Source of the DNA: a phage
Sequence record: PZ445405.1
Direction: 5' to 3' (one strand)
DNA: 50,126 bases
Part shown: piece by piece, positions 35,494 through 43,769 of the stretch
How the letters are laid out: every line of letters starts with the position of its first letter
Numbering within the stretch: position 1 is the first letter of the stretch
The notes under the pieces: generated by a model
What the model was told of the DNA's origin: nothing
The model's database searches: none
What the model saw: the letters and a program-made list of their open reading frames with translations, nothing else
Program-made: the position numbers and the translations under genes

Positions 35494-35745
35494 ATGTTGG
35501 GTTTAGATTTCCAGCCAGAGCATTACGATTTAGTGCACGGGAAAAGTGGTGCAAAGTTTAGGTCGATACCTATCTCTGACTGGTTCCCTCCTGATTATGT
35601 GGATGTGAACGCAAAAACTAAAGGCGGGAAGTGGGTGCAGATTTACTACTCCCCAGCATGCGGAAACCTTTGCATGACTGACCTTGACAAAAAATTAGCA
35701 ATTAGTGCGGAAGTGATCGACTACTGGTTGAAAGAAGTTGAATGA
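35494..35745 (+). CDS. Hypothetical protein (83 aa)
   Basis: ATG with SD AAGGA; ORF from the six-frame track. Confidence 0.4.
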   Translation: MLGLDFQPEHYDLVHGKSGAKFRSIPISDWFPPDYVDVNAKTKGGKWVQIYYSPACGNLCMTDLDKKLAISAEVIDYWLKEVE

Positions 35746-35828
35746 CTAGCCTAATACTAGTAGCATCGTTACCACTGTTTAGCTTTACTATCTTATACTT
35801 TATCGTAATGAATTAAGGAACTTATATA

Positions 35829-36959
35829 ATGGCAACTGCAAAAATCACCAACGAACAATTGCGCGAAGAGCTAGCAAATGGCATGACCAACAAGGCAATC
35901 GCAGAGAAGTACGGAATGAACATTCGCAACGTTGAATTGCGTCGCAGTAAATTAGCGAAGAGTGGAGAATTGCACGGAAACCCGGGAATCAAGAAGTTAG
36001 TTCCTGACGGCTATTTGGTCAAAGGGACGTCAACGATGATTGACGCTGAGGGCAACGAAAAGATTCGCTGGGTTAAGACCTCTGTAGATAATGAGCGCCT
36101 TGAGGTTTTGATGGAACAGGCTCGAGAGGCATTCTGCTCTGAGTTGCCAAAGGCAGATTCGGTCACCCACTCAGGCAATGAGGTCAACTCTGAATTAATG
36201 ACTCTTTACCCTATTTTCGATATCCATATCGGCATGATGGCTCATCGACATGAGTCTGGTGAAAATTATGACACCAATACCGCAGAGAAATTAATGGAAT
36301 CATATTTCGATCATGCAATTTCTGTATCGCCATCCTCAGAGAAAGCTGTGATTTTAGTTGGCGGCGACTTCCTTCACTCTGACGGATTGGAAGCTGTAAC
36401 CCCAGCAAGCGGACACTGCCTTGATCAGGATAGTAGGTATGCTAAGTTAGTTTATGTTGCGATTCGCTCAATTCGTGGTGCCGTAGAGAAGATGCTTAAG
36501 AAGCATAAGAATGTCGAGATTCAGATTATAGAGGGAAATCATGACCAGAGTGGTATGATTTGGCTCCGTGCGGCAATGGCTGCATTTTATGAAAACGAGA
36601 GTCGCGTCTTTGTTGATACCAGTCCGGCAATCATGCACAAAACTAGATTTGGCTCAACATTACTTGGTTACACACACGGCCACACAATGAAGAAGGCAGA
36701 AGGCAGGCTTGCAGCTATGGCAACTGATTACAGGAAAGATTTTGGTGAGTGTGAATTTGTTTATTGCCATTCCGGGCATTTTCACCACGCAACTGTTACA
36801 GAGTGCACACTTGGGATTGATGAGGTTCACCCAGCCCTGGCTAGCAAGGATGCATATGCCGCTCGCGGAGGGTGGCGATCATATCGCCAAGCGGCTGCAA
36901 TTGTTTACCACAAGAATTTTGGCGAGGTTGGTCGACACATTTATCGCCCCGGTATGTAA
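35829..36959 (+). CDS. Calcineurin-like metallophosphoesterase with N-terminal HTH-like domain
   Basis: Phosphoesterase motifs DIHIG, GGDFLH, GNHD, GHTH, GHFH in canonical order. Confidence 0.6.
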   Translation: MATAKITNEQLREELANGMTNKAIAEKYGMNIRNVELRRSKLAKSGELHGNPGIKKLVPDGYLVKGTSTMIDAEGNEKIRWVKTSVDNERLEVLMEQAREAFCSELPKADSVTHSGNEVNSELMTLYPIFDIHIGMMAHRHESGENYDTNTAEKLMESYFDHAISVSPSSEKAVILVGGDFLHSDGLEAVTPASGHCLDQDSRYAKLVYVAIRSIRGAVEKMLKKHKNVEIQIIEGNHDQSGMIWLRAAMAAFYENESRVFVDTSPAIMHKTRFGSTLLGYTHGHTMKKAEGRLAAMATDYRKDFGECEFVYCHSGHFHHATVTECTLGIDEVHPALASKDAYAARGGWRSYRQAAAIVYHKNFGEVGRHIYRPGM

Positions 36960-37031
36960 ATAGCACCTTTTGTTAAAACAGTAGCCGCGAAAGCGGCTAT
37001 TATTGTTTTATACAAACGATAGGAGATTGAA
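36960..37031 (+). promoter_or_regulatory. T-rich-centre cassette upstream of HNH-3 (ATAGCACCTTTTGTTAAAAC, hairpin, TATTAT 36998-37003)
   Basis: 22-bp spacing; hairpin AGCCGCG-aaa-GCGGCT in the spacer; SD AGGAG. Confidence 0.5.
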
Positions 37032-37517
37032 ATGAATTGGCATGATATTTTTGAATACAACGATGGCATTCTTTATCATAAAGTTAAGTTATGTATAAGA
37101 AATGATGTTAACGTTGGTGATATTGCTGGGGGGGGCGTTAGGCAAAACGGCTATCACTACGTGAATTACAAAAATAAGTTTTACAAAAGGTCAAGGGTTG
37201 TATGGGAGATGTTTAATGGAGATATACCTGAGGGATTTGTCATTGATCACGTCAACCATGACGCGACAGATGACAGGATAGAAAACCTAGAGTGCAAGGA
37301 GCGCAGGGATAACATGGTTAATGTAAAGCTAAGGATTGATAGCTCCTCTGGTGTAACTGGTGTAGCAAGAAAGAGCGGTAATAAGTGGAGGGCATACATA
37401 ACAATCATGGGTAAGCAGAAGTCCAAGAGCTTTAACACGTTTGAGGATGCTTGCGCACAGAGGATTGAATGGTCGGTAACTCATGATTTTCACCCAAATC
37501 ACGGTGGAAAATACTAA
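37032..37517 (+). CDS. HNH homing endonuclease (HNH + AP2-like), copy 3
   Basis: Motif VIDHVNHDATDDRIENLE and paralogy to copies 1 and 2. Confidence 0.8.
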   Translation: MNWHDIFEYNDGILYHKVKLCIRNDVNVGDIAGGGVRQNGYHYVNYKNKFYKRSRVVWEMFNGDIPEGFVIDHVNHDATDDRIENLECKERRDNMVNVKLRIDSSSGVTGVARKSGNKWRAYITIMGKQKSKSFNTFEDACAQRIEWSVTHDFHPNHGGKY

Positions 37518-37602
37518 ATAGCACTTTTTGCCTAACCCATGCCGTAGAAATGCGGCATAATCACCACATCGAAACGAGATTAACTAAACGAGGAAACGCA
37601 AG
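37518..37602 (+). promoter_or_regulatory. T-rich-centre cassette (ATAGCACTTTTTGCCTAAC, hairpin, CATAAT 37556-37561, leader CATCGAAACGAG)
   Basis: 22-bp spacing; hairpin ATGCCG-tagaa-ATGCGGCAT. Confidence 0.5.
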
Positions 37603-37779
37603 ATGACTAAAATGATTTATTGCACCAAGAACAACTCCAAGACTCTGCCATTTACAGTCAACAATCCGTATAACGCAGAGTACCAGGGTGATGGATATTA
37701 CAAGATTTATGGCGACGATATGACGCACATCTTAGCACCGATTGATGGTTCGCTGGTTGAATTTATTATCGCAGACTAG
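37603..37779 (+). CDS. Hypothetical small Tyr/Gly/Asp-rich protein (58 aa)
   Basis: ORF below the track cutoff found by reading downstream of the cassette; SD GAGG; motif YQGDGYYKIYGDD. Confidence 0.35.
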   Translation: MTKMIYCTKNNSKTLPFTVNNPYNAEYQGDGYYKIYGDDMTHILAPIDGSLVEFIIAD

Positions 37780-37805
37780 CACAGAAAAAACATAGCGTTA
37801 AGCAA

Positions 37806-37831
37806 GGGGGGCCTTTTGGCTCCCCTTTTTT
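37806..37831 (+). terminator. Rho-independent terminator
   Basis: GGGGGGCC-tttt-GGCTCCCC followed by TTTTTTA. Confidence 0.6.
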
Positions 37832-37909
37832 ATGCTTCTTTTCCGAGAGGCGCTAATGTATGATTATTTTACTAACTTAAACATTGACAAATAGATAAAG
37901 GTGGGTCAC

Positions 37910-38125
37910 ATGAGGGAAGTAATTAACGCCGCTACGGCATCAACTGGCGGTGCCGCAGTAACTGGCGCAGCAACTGGTCAGATGACCATAGCAATAATCA
38001 GCCTTATCGCTTTAATTATTTTTGGTGCCTGGGGCGCTTACTGGAAGTTCAAAGATAGCCAGGCGATTCGCAGGGCGCTTGAGTCGGGAGACTTAAAAAC
38101 AGCAATCAAGATAAGGAGCAAGTAA
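37910..38125 (+). CDS. Holin (putative, single-TMD)
   Basis: 71 aa, one hydrophobic helix (MTIAIISLIALIIFGAWGAYW), charged C-terminus; immediately upstream of the lysozyme gene. Confidence 0.55.
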   Translation: MREVINAATASTGGAAVTGAATGQMTIAIISLIALIIFGAWGAYWKFKDSQAIRRALESGDLKTAIKIRSK

Positions 38126-38611
38126 ATGAAGCAGAAGCTGGTAGTTGGTGCCGCGACCGCTGCAGCGATATACATCGCAGCGCCTCTTATTGAGCTTGTG
38201 GAGGGTGTCGAATACAATCCATACATGGATATTGCTGGAATCCCTACAGTCTGTTCTGGCATTACTGGTCCTGACGTTGTTTGGGGTAAAAAATACAGCA
38301 AGAGGGAATGCCGAAACCTGCTTGAGAAACACATTCAGATTCATGGAAAGCATGTTCATGATGCAGTTACCTACCCAATTTCACCGCAGACAAGGGCAGC
38401 GTTAATCAGCTTTAGCTACAACGTTGGTGGTCATGCCATGAAGAACTCAACGGCAATTCGCCTTATCAACCAGGGTAAGATTGAGCAGGGTTGTAAGGCT
38501 CTCGGGATGTGGACGAAGGCCACCGTTAATGGCAAGAAGGTTGTCGTTAAGGGGTTAGTGAATCGCAGGAATGAGGAGATTAAGTTATGCTTAAGTGGAT
38601 TGCAGCGTTAG
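38126..38611 (+). CDS. Endolysin (phage lysozyme / GH24-like)
   Basis: N-terminal anchor-like helix and lysozyme-type motifs (ELVEGVEYNPYMD, GIPTVCSGIT); start overlaps the holin stop. Confidence 0.7.
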   Translation: MKQKLVVGAATAAAIYIAAPLIELVEGVEYNPYMDIAGIPTVCSGITGPDVVWGKKYSKRECRNLLEKHIQIHGKHVHDAVTYPISPQTRAALISFSYNVGGHAMKNSTAIRLINQGKIEQGCKALGMWTKATVNGKKVVVKGLVNRRNEEIKLCLSGLQR

Positions 38612-38985
38612 TGATGTGCGCGGCTTTATCTGGATGTTCAGCAACAGATGCACTGACCGGATTGATTGGCAGTAAGCCAGAGATTAGTGCACAGGCTGGC
38701 GCCGAGAACAACAAGGTTGGGGTTGGGTTAACAAATAAGGTTGATTCCAGTAACTCCAGTGAAGCCACGGTTAAAGACTCTAAGGTTGGGTCACTAGATA
38801 GCTCGAGCGGTAAAAAGACTGCCGACAACTCGATTAGGGCCTCTACAATCACCGCGGAAAGGATTGAGATTACCAATAATGACTCATTCAGCATTTATGA
38901 AATACTGGCATTGATTGGATTTCCTCTGCTCATTATTTTTAATGGCTGCTATGTGCTTTACAGGGCAAACAAAAAAGCCTCCTAA
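38587..38985 (+). CDS. Unimolecular spanin (lipoprotein signal plus C-terminal TMD)
   Basis: Lipobox LSGC at the N-terminus (MLKWIAALVMCAALSGCSA) and C-terminal hydrophobic helix (ILALIGFPLLIIFNGCYVLY); overlaps the endolysin 3' end. Confidence 0.6.
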   Translation: MLKWIAALVMCAALSGCSATDALTGLIGSKPEISAQAGAENNKVGVGLTNKVDSSNSSEATVKDSKVGSLDSSSGKKTADNSIRASTITAERIEITNNDSFSIYEILALIGFPLLIIFNGCYVLYRANKKAS

Positions 38986-39001
38986 TGGAGGCTATATTTT
39001 T
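38970..39001. terminator. Bidirectional terminator between the lysis cassette (+) and the replication operon (-)
   Basis: AGCCTCC-taat-GGAGGCT flanked by A7 and ATATTTTT. Confidence 0.6.
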
Positions 39002-39335
39002 AGCTAAATAACTCGTCGTCAGTCATTCTTCCTATGTTCATCATCTCTTTTATGTATTTGCTTTCATACCCGTTAAGTGCCTCGAAGTTAAACCCAAATG
39101 GCCTCTTCAAGCTACCCTTGCTAACGAACTCTCCGCACTTACCATCAATGTACCCCATGCTAAGCATCTTCGCGCAAAACTCCTTTGAAGCAGCGCTGCA
39201 AAACTCTCTATGCGACAATCCCGCCGCCTTGCTGAATCTCTGAGAGTCCTTATGTTGGTAGATGAATCGCGCCAAATGCTGGCGCGTGAAAAAGCTATAG
39301 GATTCGCAGAACTTAAATATATCGAGCAGGAACAT
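39000..39335 (-). CDS. Hypothetical protein (111 aa)
   Basis: ORF downstream of the primase-helicase gene on the minus strand. Confidence 0.4.
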   Translation of the reverse strand: MFLLDIFKFCESYSFFTRQHLARFIYQHKDSQRFSKAAGLSHREFCSAASKEFCAKMLSMGYIDGKCGEFVSKGSLKRPFGFNFEALNGYESKYIKEMMNIGRMTDDELFS

Positions 39336-39338
39336 TCA

Positions 39339-40922
39339 TCACCCCAGCAGTCGTGGATTAATGTAAACTTTATCACCAATCAGGCATGTATAGTTTTTCT
39401 CATCTAACATCGGCAGCAAGTGGTCTTTAATCTTTGTCATCACTCCAGCCTGAGACTCGAACGGCTTAACCTTGCGCGCAGCCTCATACAATGAACGAAT
39501 GCCAACTACGCCTTTCCCGTTCTTTCCTTGCTTGATAAGGATATCAATCAGCTTATTCATCTCGGCATTGTCGCCAGCGTGACCAGCGGCGTTAGCAGAT
39601 GACAGATAAGTCTTGCTAAGCTCCTGGAACATGATTACAGCCTCTTGCATTGTGTCCAGTCCAATCTCTCTGGACTTCTGCGGGCTTCCGCCATTTGGGT
39701 TAAACCAGTTACGGACAGTGTGAATAACTGCGGCAATCCTGATAGCCTGCTTATCGAACTTGCCCAGCGCGCCGCGCAACATAGTATGTGAATACTTACC
39801 GCCATCAGCAAGATGGGGCTCCATTTCCTGACGTGCACGGTTGAGATATTTCATCGCTGAGTTACTCACTGTCAGCTTTACTTCCTGCTCGCTCATGATT
39901 TCGTGAACCAAGCGGAAGTAGTCAGCCTTCAGTCCGCTGTCAATTGGCTCGTATGTTGACTCTCCATTCTCATCAACGAATACACGTTCGCCCAGGAAGG
40001 ACTTTTCACGCACAAGCAGAAAACGCTCCGACACACCGATACCACGCGCACCAGCATTCATAATGGCGTTGATTGTTTCGTCCTGCGCAATTACCGAGAT
40101 GCAACCCATAGCAACGAAACTCATGTTGTTCTCTGCGTTCGCACGCGCGATAGATACGTTACCAGCATCCCATGCTTTAAGCACGAGTTCACTGTTTGTT
40201 TTCTTTGAGCCATCTCCATAGGTCATGCCCAGAAGTGAGTTCACGCTCGTCGCCTCATCCGAGATTACTGCGAAGTTTCCCTGGCGGTTGTTTATTCGCG
40301 CAAGTCCCTCAGGCGTGGTGTCGGATACGGGGAAAACGATATCGCATAGCTTCTCGAGTTTCTCCTCCAACTCCTCTTTCTCTTCAAAAAGTGAAGCCAT
40401 CTCTGAAGGAGATTTTTCCTGCTTCATCTCTTTGGATAATGCAGATAGTTTGGCCATAATCTTTTTGCGCTCGCGTTTTCGCAATTCATTTAGTCGCTCA
40501 GTCTCGGCAATCATCGGGGCAATAGAAAGTGAGTTAATCGCTGATTTACCGGTCGATGGAGGTTGACTTGTAACTACGTAAAGAGATGTTGGCTGCTGCG
40601 TTCCGTGATACTCAACAGTAAAGCGGCCCAGCATAGCAGCGGAAATGCAACCCAAAAAGTGCATATAAGCTGAAGACTCCGGGAACTGAACAGAACGAGC
40701 AATGTTGGCTGACAGTCTACCAACAACGTCAACATCATTTCCGAGCGAGATTACAGGATACTTGTCATTGGCCGCATCAATCTCGACCGGTGCTTTCCAG
40801 AATGACTGAGACTGGCGATAGCCATTAGCATTGATAGCCACGCGCAGGGGTGGGAGGTTTTCTGCGGCAGCTATTGCCATAACTTGTTCAACAGATAGTT
40901 TATCTTCGTTGAAATCAAACAT
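39339..40922 (-). CDS. Replicative P-loop NTPase (primase-helicase / SF3 helicase-like)
   Basis: Walker A PSTGKS and Walker B-like AVISDEAT; N- and C-terminal regions shared with the paralog at 43766-44293. Confidence 0.6.
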   Translation of the reverse strand: MFDFNEDKLSVEQVMAIAAAENLPPLRVAINANGYRQSQSFWKAPVEIDAANDKYPVISLGNDVDVVGRLSANIARSVQFPESSAYMHFLGCISAAMLGRFTVEYHGTQQPTSLYVVTSQPPSTGKSAINSLSIAPMIAETERLNELRKRERKKIMAKLSALSKEMKQEKSPSEMASLFEEKEELEEKLEKLCDIVFPVSDTTPEGLARINNRQGNFAVISDEATSVNSLLGMTYGDGSKKTNSELVLKAWDAGNVSIARANAENNMSFVAMGCISVIAQDETINAIMNAGARGIGVSERFLLVREKSFLGERVFVDENGESTYEPIDSGLKADYFRLVHEIMSEQEVKLTVSNSAMKYLNRARQEMEPHLADGGKYSHTMLRGALGKFDKQAIRIAAVIHTVRNWFNPNGGSPQKSREIGLDTMQEAVIMFQELSKTYLSSANAAGHAGDNAEMNKLIDILIKQGKNGKGVVGIRSLYEAARKVKPFESQAGVMTKIKDHLLPMLDEKNYTCLIGDKVYINPRLLG

Positions 40923-40996
40923 TATTTCTCTCCGTGCTGATTCTGAGCGGTCATTATATCAACGACCGCTTATAATTCATTATCAATTTTTGCTAT

Positions 40997-41347
40997 TTAC
41001 AGGTATTTCGCTTCAAATAGGTAAGTCTGACACAGGGTGTAAAAACCAACATCTTCACTGCGGTAAAGCTGCCAAGCATTGCCATCCTCATCGTAAATGT
41101 AACCGGCAGATTGACCAAGACCCGCGTGAAGATTTACCTGGTAACGTTTATTTTCTTTAAAGTCTTTTTTAACTCCTGACTTGTGGTTAACCTTTGTGCA
41201 GTAAAGCGTTTTGGTCTTAATGTATTTGCCACGCTCTTCGAGGTTAATCCATTTGCCATCTTTCTTGATTTGCTCTGCACCATCCTTAACGCGAGCTTTG
41301 TACAATACGTTTTCGTTGCTAATCCAGTTTTTAGTTGTTGTTGTCAT
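40997..41347 (-). CDS. Hypothetical protein (116 aa)
   Basis: Cassette-driven ORF on the minus strand. Confidence 0.4.
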   Translation of the reverse strand: MTTTTKNWISNENVLYKARVKDGAEQIKKDGKWINLEERGKYIKTKTLYCTKVNHKSGVKKDFKENKRYQVNLHAGLGQSAGYIYDEDGNAWQLYRSEDVGFYTLCQTYLFEAKYL

Positions 41348-41428
41348 TTTATTTACCTTTCGTTATTTCGTTTCGATGAGATGAATATACAGGAAAAGCC
41401 CCCGAAGGGCTTTATCAATTAGTGCTAT
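41348..41428 (-). promoter_or_regulatory. Promoter cassette on the minus strand (box rc of 41411-41428, terminator-like hairpin in spacer, TATATT, leader CATCGAAACGAAA)
   Basis: Box ATAGCACTAATTGATAAA; spacer 23 bp contains GCCC-ttcg-GGGGC; the box encodes the C-terminal NSTN-stop of the upstream small ORF. Confidence 0.5.
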
Positions 41429-41576
41429 TTCGAGCCTTTTCTATCGCCTTGAGCATAATCTCATGGCTCTCAAGCAAGTCCTCGCGGAACCAGTCCCCAC
41501 AAGGCCAGCCCTTTCCGCTGTAGGCGCTTATTATTTCAAGATCGAAATAATTTATCTCAGATGGTAATAGCATCAT
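41415..41576 (-). CDS. Hypothetical small protein (53 aa)
   Basis: ATGA-coupled to the upstream gene; ends inside the cassette box. Confidence 0.3.
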   Translation of the reverse strand: MMLLPSEINYFDLEIISAYSGKGWPCGDWFREDLLESHEIMLKAIEKARNSTN

Positions 41577-41812
41577 TTCACCTCATCAAAAGTTGCGATA
41601 CCAGGAATAAACATCCCAAACTTCCAGCCAGCAATGGCAATCCATCCAGAATCGTGCTTGTGTGGTCGCTCAGCGCCATTAATTAACCATTCGTTCGGGA
41701 TTGTCTTGCCGTTAATGATTAGCGGCTCAGCGTCGTATACAGAGCCTTTGACGAATGGTGTTAGAATCTTCTTGTCAGTGCTTGTAATGCAGTTAGTGCA
41801 GCGAATTTTCAT
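41573..41812 (-). CDS. Hypothetical protein (79 aa)
   Basis: ORF in a chain of translationally coupled early genes. Confidence 0.4.
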   Translation of the reverse strand: MKIRCTNCITSTDKKILTPFVKGSVYDAEPLIINGKTIPNEWLINGAERPHKHDSGWIAIAGWKFGMFIPGIATFDEVK

Positions 41813-42003
41813 AACTGAATCTCCACCTCATCCTCGAATAAGTTAATTGGTTCCCGTATTGAGTTGATAACGGTAAATGTTCTAATCCCCATCGCAATAT
41901 CTCTGTCAACCACATCGTAGACATTGCCAATGAAAAGGCCATAATCAGTTTCATTTGACCCGTCCATGTCAATATCTTTAAACTTAACTAACTTAATTTT
42001 CAT
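41809..42003 (-). CDS. Hypothetical protein (64 aa)
   Basis: ATGA-coupled ORF. Confidence 0.4.
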   Translation of the reverse strand: MKIKLVKFKDIDMDGSNETDYGLFIGNVYDVVDRDIAMGIRTFTVINSIREPINLFEDEVEIQL

Positions 42004-42013
42004 ATCTCAATCC

Positions 42014-42187
42014 TCACCAGGGTAAACATTCTTCGCAGCCAAGCCCATCGCAGCACAGGAATTCATCTTCTGACTGGAATTGCTTCGCCAGGTCAATATC
42101 GATTCGTCCGCGCAAAACCATGTCTGTATACATCTCATTTAATCCAATCAGTGCAGATTCGTGGCGTAATTCATCTTTCTTATTCAT
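42014..42187 (-). CDS. Hypothetical small Cys-rich protein (57 aa, C-terminal CCDGLGCEEC)
   Basis: ATGA-coupled to the upstream gene; possible zinc-binding tail. Confidence 0.3.
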   Translation of the reverse strand: MNKKDELRHESALIGLNEMYTDMVLRGRIDIDLAKQFQSEDEFLCCDGLGCEECLPW

Positions 42188-42441
42188 ACCTTTTCCATCT
42201 CCGCAATAAAGCAGTTGACAACAATCAACTTATCTTCGGTGTCCAGCTTCGATGCCTTAAGTGCCTCGACAAGGTTTTTAATGTCGATGCCGTCATGGAA
42301 CAACTCGGCGCCAATGTTGCACAACTGAACGCTATTGATCGTCGGCGTGCTAACACTAACTTTAATCGTGTCCGCCTTAGCAAATCCAATACCAGATGCC
42401 AGGACTGCCGCGATGTATCCAATGGTGATTAACTTTTTCAC
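42184..42441 (-). CDS. Putative secreted/periplasmic small protein (85 aa)
   Basis: N-terminal signal peptide-like segment MKKLITIGYIAAVLASGIGFAKA. Confidence 0.45.
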   Translation of the reverse strand: MKKLITIGYIAAVLASGIGFAKADTIKVSVSTPTINSVQLCNIGAELFHDGIDIKNLVEALKASKLDTEDKLIVVNCFIAEMEKV

Positions 42442-42620
42442 AAATCATTACCCTTTAAGCTGTCATATCTGATGGCGTCTCTGTTGCACTTTCTGGTCTT
42501 GCCATGAAGCACCTGCTTAAACTCAATTGTACCTTGCTGCCTTAGCTTTTTATATCTTCCTTGCGACTTACTTATTTCTTCAATCTTTTGTTGCGCTTTC
42601 AATTCCGGTCTCTGCTTCAT
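42438..42620 (-). CDS. Hypothetical basic protein (60 aa)
   Basis: First ORF behind the minus-strand cassette at 42621-42692. Confidence 0.4.
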   Translation of the reverse strand: MKQRPELKAQQKIEEISKSQGRYKKLRQQGTIEFKQVLHGKTRKCNRDAIRYDSLKGNDL

Positions 42621-42692
42621 ATCTATACCCTCGTTGTTGATGAGCTAACTATACCCTCAACAGCCGCGCTTGTCTTTAGCAAAAAGTGCTAT
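42621..42692 (-). promoter_or_regulatory. T-rich-centre cassette on the minus strand (box rc of 42675-42692, TATAGT, leader CATCAACAACGAGGG)
   Basis: Reverse complement ATAGCACTTTTTGCTAAA; spacing 22-23 bp. Confidence 0.5.
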
Positions 42693-42699
42693 TCGTTAG

Positions 42700-42800
42700 A
42701 TTTATGGATTGTTGCGGATATTGCAATGATTCCCATGATTATTGCACATATAGCAATATTGCTTCAGATGCAATGATGTTTTTGATTGTTGCGAAATGAG
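42700..42800. repeat. Cluster of short direct repeats (GATTGTTGCG x2, TGCAATGAT x2, ATTGC motifs) in ORF-free DNA
   Basis: Repeated 9-10-mers read directly; no credible ORF. Confidence 0.5.
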
Positions 42801-42865
42801 CAATAAAGTAGTGAGTGAGTGAATGAAAGATGGATGGACTACCATACAAGTTGATTTTGATTCTG

Positions 42866-43200
42866 CTAATCCATTTTCACGCTTACACGTAACGCCCGTA
42901 GCGCGATGTAAGCCAACGCCTATCGTTACGCGAGTTACGCGCAGCTACGCCTAGACTTACACTATAAGTGCCTAATATATATATATATCTTCTTTCTATT
43001 ATTATTATTATTATTATTATTATTGTATGTAAGTCATGTAACGGGGTTTCCGGCGATATCTATATGTTTTTTCCTATCAGTTATAGCCTTGGCTATAATT
43101 TAAGGTATGGAGTGGGTGTTTTGGGGCCATTTGCCTCGTTACACGCACGACACGCCACTTACATTAAGCTATAGCTGGGCTAGCATACCATTTCGCGTAA
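42866..43200. repeat. Iteron plus microsatellite control region B (paralog of region A)
   Basis: ACGTAAC 42887, CGATGTA 42904, G(T/C)TACGC x3 at 42925/42934/42944, (AT)7 42975-42988, (TAT)9 42997-43023, palindrome AGCTATAGCT 43167-43176. Confidence 0.7.
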
Positions 43201-43229
43201 CGACCCCCAAAAGTTACCAAAAATTACAC

Positions 43230-43258
43230 TTGACTACATGTGTAAGTCGGGATATGAT
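43230..43258 (+). promoter_or_regulatory. Strong sigma70-type promoter (TTGACT, 17 bp, TATGAT) with conserved leader
   Basis: Near-consensus hexamers at canonical spacing; leader AAACGAGAGGAG precedes ATG 43290. Confidence 0.6.
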
Positions 43259-43289
43259 GGACTCAACTTAAACGAGAGGAGTGATAGAG

Positions 43290-43769
43290 ATGAACGAGAA
43301 AGTAACATTGGGCCAAGTGATTCGTGAGATGGTGAAAGCAGCGCTTAAGTCTGAGGACAAGCAGATCAGCGTGACACTCAACAAGATTGAGAGCCTTATC
43401 GGCGCCGAGGAGGGTGGTCTAAATAAGCTTAAGAGCTCATACATCTACAATACAACGGCTCGCATGCCTGAGTTGAGAGATGCCGGACTGAAGGCGACTC
43501 ACCACTATGATGAAGAAAGGGGTGTTAATGAATATACTGGGAGTGAGATACTTGGAGACAAAAAGCTTGTTATTAAACTAATTCCAGGCTCGGCAAACAT
43601 TGGAATCAGGAAGAAGACCAACGACGCGATCAAGGATGAGGCAATCACTGAGTTCAAAGCCAGGATTTCTAAGGTGATGCCAGACCTTTCTGCGTATGAA
43701 GGTGAGGCCCTTGCAGCCGCTATGAAGGCCATTAAGGATTACCGTTTGATTATTGAGGAGATTAAGTGA
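43290..43769 (+). CDS. Hypothetical protein (159 aa), likely immediate-early
   Basis: First gene behind the sigma70 promoter; SD GAGGAG. Confidence 0.45.
   Translation: MNEKVTLGQVIREMVKAALKSEDKQISVTLNKIESLIGAEEGGLNKLKSSYIYNTTARMPELRDAGLKATHHYDEERGVNEYTGSEILGDKKLVIKLIPGSANIGIRKKTNDAIKDEAITEFKARISKVMPDLSAYEGEALAAAMKAIKDYRLIIEEIK

Noticed and set aside
37869-37900. Sigma70 promoter for the lysis cassette (TTGACA at about 37884)
   Set aside because: No acceptable -10 hexamer at 16-18 bp from the TTGACA, and the alternative TTACTA/TAGATA pair is weak; left unannotated.
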